Made by a program: the position numbers and the translations under genes | The notes under the pieces: model-generated | What the model saw: the letters and a program-made list of their open reading frames with translations, nothing else | What the model was told of the DNA's origin: nothing | The model's database searches: none | Shown: positions 8,933 to 13,525 of the stretch, piece by piece | Position numbering within the stretch: position 1 is the stretch's first letter | How the letters are laid out: every line of letters starts with the position of its first letter | Origin: an uncultured Spirochaetota bacterium | GTDB taxonomy: Bacteria > Spirochaetota > Spirochaetia > SZUA-6 > Fen-1364 | DNA length: 13,525 nucleotides | Direction: 5' to 3' | Assembly (NCBI GenBank): GCA_963745235.1 | Contig: CAVUXE010000043.1 | Location: 1 to 13,525 of the forward strand

Positions 8933-9152
8933 CATCATATGATTGCGCGACAGGAGGCTCTTCTGGATGAAGGCCATACATCTGGGGAGGCTATGCGGAT
9001 AAGCCCATCCCTTCCCCTCACCGGCAACCACGAGCAAGAAGGATTACCTCGGACGGCCCATGGCCACATCATCGGGCGTGACTCCCCATAGAATCGGCCG
9101 CCGGTCGAAAGCAAGTGGACGTGAAATACCGAATCAACCGGAAGGGATTGCC

Positions 9153-10331
9153 ATGAAGAAGATCAATGTTCTTGTCATTGGCCAGGGGTTCATGGGCGGT
9201 GTTGCCCATCCCCGAGCCATCCTTGAGGCCAATCTGCAGCTGCGGCCCCGCGGGCTTGAGTTTGTCATGGATTGCGTGGCTGGTCGGGACGCGGATAAAC
9301 TTTCGGTTACCCAAAAAATCTACGGTTACAACCGGACGTCCACGGATTGGACGAAAGAGATCAGCAAGGCCGATATGGTTGTAGTGGCGGCTCCGAACAA
9401 GGAACACGCGTCCATGGCTATTGCCGCCCTGAAGGCAGGCAAAACCGTGGTCAGCGAAAAGCCTTTGAGCTCCTCTCTGGAAACGGCGCAGGAGATGGCG
9501 GCAGCTGCAAAGGCGGCCGGTACTCCGACCATGGTCACGTTCTGCTACCAGGGCGCCCCCGGGGTCCTGGAGGCGCGTCGCCTGGTCCAGGACGGTCTTG
9601 TCCTTGGTGCCTCAGGGTATTTCGAGGGAGCTTCCGAGTTCCTTCAAGATTGGGGGCGGTCCGGCCGCTCGAACTTCCGTTTCCAGGCGGACCAGGGGCT
9701 TGGCGGAGTCATCGAGGACCTGGGCGCACATCAGGTTGACCTCATTCAGTTTGTTCTCGGAAAGAAGATCGTGGAGGTCTCGGCTCAGACCCGGGTCTAC
9801 GACGGGGATGCGGAAAACTTGAGAATGATCCGGGGTTCGGTCCCGCGGGCTCAGGGTAGGGCCGTGGATGCGTTCGAAGCGGTTGCCTGGTTTGACAACG
9901 GCTGCACAATCACATTTCGGTCCAATCGAACGTCCACGGGTCACAAAGCTTTCTTCGAGAACTCCATCCACGGCAATCGGGGCGGCGTTCAGTGGGAGTT
10001 GGAGGACCAGGGCTACCTCAAGTTCTACTCGCACACGCGCCCGGACGGCGTCAAGGTTCCCTCTCGCGAACGCGGCTGGACCCACATCCACGTTTCCGAC
10101 CCGGGCAGTGATGGCCACCTGAACACTGACACTGTCCCCGGCTTGACCAATGGCTATTTGCAGTATTTCCGGTGGCAGTACGTGCACTTTGGGCTGAAGC
10201 TGCTGGGCCAGGCAGATAGTGCCTACGCCGTCCCGACGTTCGCAGACGCATGCCAAGTGGCGGCAGTCACGGACGCCATCTACCGCAGCGGCCAAGGGGA
10301 CGGGAAACTTGTCAAGGTGACCGCGGTTTAG
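9153..10331 (+). CDS. Gfo/Idh/MocA family NAD(P)-dependent oxidoreductase
   Basis: SD GAAGGG before ATG 9153 (MKKINVLVIGQGFMG Rossmann motif). Also VVSEKP, QDW...FRFQ...GGVIEDLGAH..D, and C-terminal PTFADA. Confidence 0.93.
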   Translation: MKKINVLVIGQGFMGGVAHPRAILEANLQLRPRGLEFVMDCVAGRDADKLSVTQKIYGYNRTSTDWTKEISKADMVVVAAPNKEHASMAIAALKAGKTVVSEKPLSSSLETAQEMAAAAKAAGTPTMVTFCYQGAPGVLEARRLVQDGLVLGASGYFEGASEFLQDWGRSGRSNFRFQADQGLGGVIEDLGAHQVDLIQFVLGKKIVEVSAQTRVYDGDAENLRMIRGSVPRAQGRAVDAFEAVAWFDNGCTITFRSNRTSTGHKAFFENSIHGNRGGVQWELEDQGYLKFYSHTRPDGVKVPSRERGWTHIHVSDPGSDGHLNTDTVPGLTNGYLQYFRWQYVHFGLKLLGQADSAYAVPTFADACQVAAVTDAIYRSGQGDGKLVKVTAV

Positions 10332-10781
10332 CCGGGGCTCCCAAGGGTTCGTCGCCGATGAGCCCGGCAGGGCGCCTAGCTCGATCTCAGCCTCCACGCT
10401 TGATTCCTGTCCGGTCAGGCTTGAAACCGGGAGTTGGTAGGAATGGCGGGCGCGCGCGGGGTTCCATAGAATTTGACGCGCCGGAAACGTGCCTGCCGAT
10501 CCGGCGCTCGCCATGAAAATTGCCTTGGACAGCATCCCCGGGGCAAAGACGGACGTGCCCTTTGCTCCATCTTGGTAGCACGCAAAGGCCTCAATACCAG
10601 AGGCGTAGCTGAAGTTGCCGCACTTCACACAGGCGCACGAGCTACCCGGGAAGTGGCAACAAAGATATTACTGACCAATCCGTGCGCAGCTCACCATATT
10701 CTGTTGCCGGGAAAGTCCAAAGACGTTTCGTGATGTGCTGCCCTCGTTGCAAAGCGCGGCTGAAAAGATGATCTTTCAGGG

Positions 10782-12042
10782 ATGGGCGCGGAGCTCTCGT
10801 CGTACCTCCGGGGAGTCCCCGTTATCGATGTGCACGAGCATCACATGCCGGACATCCTCCTGAACAAGGAGGTAGGGTTACTTCAGCTGCTCCAGGAAAG
10901 CTACGCCGGGTGGACGCAGGCCCGGCCTTACCCGCTCCCCGATGAGCCTCCTCATACCCTGGGGGCGACATCGAGAGGCCCGGGCGATTGGCGCGACATC
11001 GCAGCCTACGTCGAGGGGAGCGGAACGAACGCGTTTGTCCGCAACATGGTCGGCTCCCTCGCTGACCTTTACGGTCTGGGGGAGGACGGCATCACGGAGA
11101 AGAACTGGGCGGACCTGGATGCGCGTATCCGGCGTAAGCATGCAGATCCGCGCTGGCCGGGAGCCGTCCTCGACCTCGCGGGCATTTCCACCGCAGTCTC
11201 TGACCCGTATACCGACCCTCTCCTGGATGTCCGTCAAACGCTCGGAGACCGGTATGTTTCCGTGCTCCGCATCAATTGCCTTGCCGTGGGATGGAACGGA
11301 GAGTCCCGGGACCACAATGGCAACAACGCCTGGGAGCTGCTCGCCCGGCTGGGAATGCAGCCGCGGAGGTTCGATGACTACCTCCAGGCTCTTCCCGCCC
11401 TGCTCAGACCGGTTGGCCGGCCTGCACAAGGTGGGTATCAAGAACGCGCTGGCGTATGACAGGTCCGTCAACTTCGACGACCTGGATATGGAGCTCGCCG
11501 GAGCCGCATGGGGAAAACAATCCCCCTCGGCTGCTGAGAAGAAAGCATTCGGAGATGTGGTGGTGGACAGGATTTGCTGTCTAGCGGGAGAGAGGGACAT
11601 TCCCTTCCAGATGCACTTGGGCACCGGTTTGATCCGTGGCTCCCGGCCCTTGGAGGCGGCTGGTCTCATCGAGCGCAACCCGAAGACCCGGTTTCTCCTC
11701 ATGCACTTGGCATATCCCTGGTGCGACGAGCTCCTCGGCATGGCTTTCGTTTACCGCAACATCTGGATCGACCTGACATGGTCATGGCTCCTGAGCCCAG
11801 GCAGGTTCCGGGAATCACTGCAGCAGGCGGTCGACCTCCTTCCTGACGAGTCCAGAATGATGCTGGGGGGCGATACGTGGCATGCCGAAGAGGCCTACGG
11901 CGCCATCAGTAAGGCGCGCCATCTCATCGCAGAGACCTTGGAGTCGGGAGTTCGGCAACGGCAGTACAGGTACCAGGACGCCGAACGGCTGTCGCGAAAG
12001 ATTCTCCACGACAACGCTCTCACGTTCTTCCGATTATCCTAG
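10782..12042 (+). CDS. Amidohydrolase-superfamily metalloenzyme (uronate isomerase UxaC-like/Amidohydro_2), one apparent frameshift at ~11406
   Basis: Metal motif VIDVHEHH. Removing one A in CTG CTC A GAC joins LPALL to DRLAGLHKVGIKNALAYDR...FQMHLG...LMHLAYPW...IDLTW...LGGDT...ILHDNA. Confidence 0.88.
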
Positions 12043-12237
12043 GGCAGAGGGCCGGCTCCCGGAGCCCTCGCGACGATCGGCGAGATCGGACGCATAAGTC
12101 CCGACATCGTTCGCGGATACTACTCTTTTGCTCGGGGCCACGATGCTCAACCTTGCCAAGGGAAGCGCGCGAAACGTTATATGATCTCATATTGTATGAC
12201 ATGCAAGGGAAGTGGTCAAAAAGCCGGGATACCTAAG

Positions 12238-12260
12238 GAAGTGTCAAACAATAACTGAAC
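12238..12260 (+). repeat. IS terminal inverted repeat (IRR)
   Basis: 19/23 match to the reverse complement of 13503-13525; starts 3 nt beyond the transposase stop. Confidence 0.85.
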
Positions 12261-12263
12261 TAA

Positions 12264-13472
12264 TTACTTGACTGTCTTCCTTGGATGAATCGTGTAGTTC
12301 CAGTCACCATGGAAACGATGTCGCGTGAGATTCACTTCAAGAAGCTGCTCGTCGGAGACAGTCTGGCCGTCCGGATAAGGACCTGTGTCGAGCTCGCTAC
12401 GAACACGTAGACCCGTTACGGTTCTTGTTGAGGCGATCAGACTGACGATCACGGCCAAGCTTGTCAGAGGCTGCCCGCGCCAGTTGCTGCTGATGTACGA
12501 GAAGAGCCGGTGTTCAATCTTGTTCCACTTGCTCGTCCCCGGAGGAAAGTGGCAGACCGCGATCGAGAGCCCCGTGCGAGTGGCCAGTTGCTGCAATTCC
12601 CACTTCCACAGCCGAACACGTGAGCCGTTACTTCCTCCAGCATCCGCAGTGATGAGAAGAGATCTGGCGTGCGGGTATGCGGGTCGTCCCATCTTACGCC
12701 ACCAGCGGCCGATGGTGCGGACTGCGAAACTCGCGGTGTCGTGGTCGATGCCCACACTGACCCACCCCGCGTTGCGTGTCAGGTCGTAGACTCCGTAGGG
12801 GATCGCCTTTCCTTTCTCGGGAATGATGAAGTCGTGAACCCGAACAACGTGGGGGCTCTTCTTCGGCCTCCACTGTTTCCCAGCGTTTTTGAAGTCTCCC
12901 ACCAGCTCCTTCTTCTTCGTGTCTACGGAGATCACCGGCTGCTCCTCGGCTTGGAAAGCTCGAACCCGCCGATTGATGTAGCGAAACTGCCCGTCCCGAT
13001 CGGGATGGTTGGGTCCCTCGCGGCCCTTGCGATTGCTCTGCAGGCTGTAGCCTGCGGAGCATAACAACTCTGCCACCAACTGGTGGCTGGCGACATGCCC
13101 CATGCCACGAAGTGCCTCCGAGAGGGTCCTCACACTCCTGGATGTCCAGCGCAGAGGTGACTGTGGATCTCCAGAGACAGCGGGCTCGACCAAGTTCTCC
13201 AGGTCGTTCACCAGAGTCGGATCCTTCTGAAGTGTCTTCTTGCGCCCTCCCCCTGCCCGGCGAACTCGATCAGGCGGCGCAACTTCTTCTGATTCCAGAT
13301 CCTTGAGGCCTCGCACAACCGTGGAGTATGAGATCCCCGTCGCGCGTGCCACGAGGGTAATACCGCCACGGCCCGCCTGGCGGGCTTCGGTGGCTGCCCA
13401 GATGCGCCGCGCGCGTTCACTGAGAACCGGAGCCAAGGCTTTGTACTTGGTCCTCAAAGGCTCGACATCCAC
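12264..13472 (-). CDS. ISAzo13-family DDE transposase (Rhodopirellula-type); start GTG 13472 preferred (13478 and 13490 are in-frame alternatives)
   Basis: LSERARRIWAATEA, RRAGGGRK, GDPQSPLRWT, HPDRDGQF, ISVDTKKKE (D), ITADAGGSNG (D), PPGTSKWNKIEHRLF (E), FHGDWNY. The frame is intact. Confidence 0.96.
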   Translation of the reverse strand: MDVEPLRTKYKALAPVLSERARRIWAATEARQAGRGGITLVARATGISYSTVVRGLKDLESEEVAPPDRVRRAGGGRKKTLQKDPTLVNDLENLVEPAVSGDPQSPLRWTSRSVRTLSEALRGMGHVASHQLVAELLCSAGYSLQSNRKGREGPNHPDRDGQFRYINRRVRAFQAEEQPVISVDTKKKELVGDFKNAGKQWRPKKSPHVVRVHDFIIPEKGKAIPYGVYDLTRNAGWVSVGIDHDTASFAVRTIGRWWRKMGRPAYPHARSLLITADAGGSNGSRVRLWKWELQQLATRTGLSIAVCHFPPGTSKWNKIEHRLFSYISSNWRGQPLTSLAVIVSLIASTRTVTGLRVRSELDTGPYPDGQTVSDEQLLEVNLTRHRFHGDWNYTIHPRKTVK

Positions 13473-13478
13473 ATGCAC

Positions 13479-13507
13479 ATGATATACCACGTAGGCAATT
13501 TCGTCCA
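13479..13507 (-). promoter_or_regulatory. Putative transposase promoter TGGACG-N17-TATCAT, with the -35 overlapping IRL
   Basis: Minus strand reads TGGACG aaattgcctacgtggta TATCAT gtgcat GTG GAT GTC. Confidence 0.55.
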
Positions 13508-13525
13508 GTTATTTTCTGACGCTTC
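13503..13525 (-). repeat. IS terminal inverted repeat (IRL), possibly clipped by the window end
   Basis: 19/23 match to 12238-12260. Confidence 0.85.

Larger units (their letters stand above)
12238..13525 (-). mobile_element. ISAzo13-family insertion sequence
   Basis: Transposase ORF bounded by imperfect terminal inverted repeats GAAGTGTCAAACAATAACTGAAC (12238-12260) and the reverse complement of 13503-13525, GAAGCGTCAGAAAATAACTGGAC (19/23 identical). The outermost bases and target duplication on the right lie beyond the window. Confidence 0.92.

Noticed and set aside
9612-10628. 338-aa minus-strand ORF
   Set aside because: Mostly antisense to the oxidoreductase, with no motif support for the part lying in the spacer.

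Overview
GC-rich bacterial window, probably Spirochaetia (the sugar-binding protein has an 'AFAGGxxE' signal-peptide end and the integrase N-terminus is spirochaete-like; both are inferences). Bases 1-2476 look like core genome: a type I-beta DAHP synthase (aroF, partial), a polytopic membrane protein, a phytol/dolichol-kinase-like gene and tRNA-Val(CAC). All three CDSs carry small frameshifts that are probably assembly errors. Directly after the tRNA lies a decayed integration module missed by the ORF track: short repeats, the 5' end of a tyrosine integrase, and a fused ~50-bp IS630 transposase fragment. Next is an intact, apparently uncharacterised sugar-utilisation locus: tandem LacI-type operator, divergent type I phosphomannose-isomerase-like cupin, CUT2 ABC transporter (ATPase, permease, binding protein), LacI regulator, Gfo/Idh/MocA oxidoreductase and a UxaC-like amidohydrolase with one frameshift. 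The window ends with an ISAzo13-family IS with both terminal inverted repeats visible. Best overall reading: an immobilised tRNA-Val genomic island carrying a novel carbohydrate catabolic pathway.
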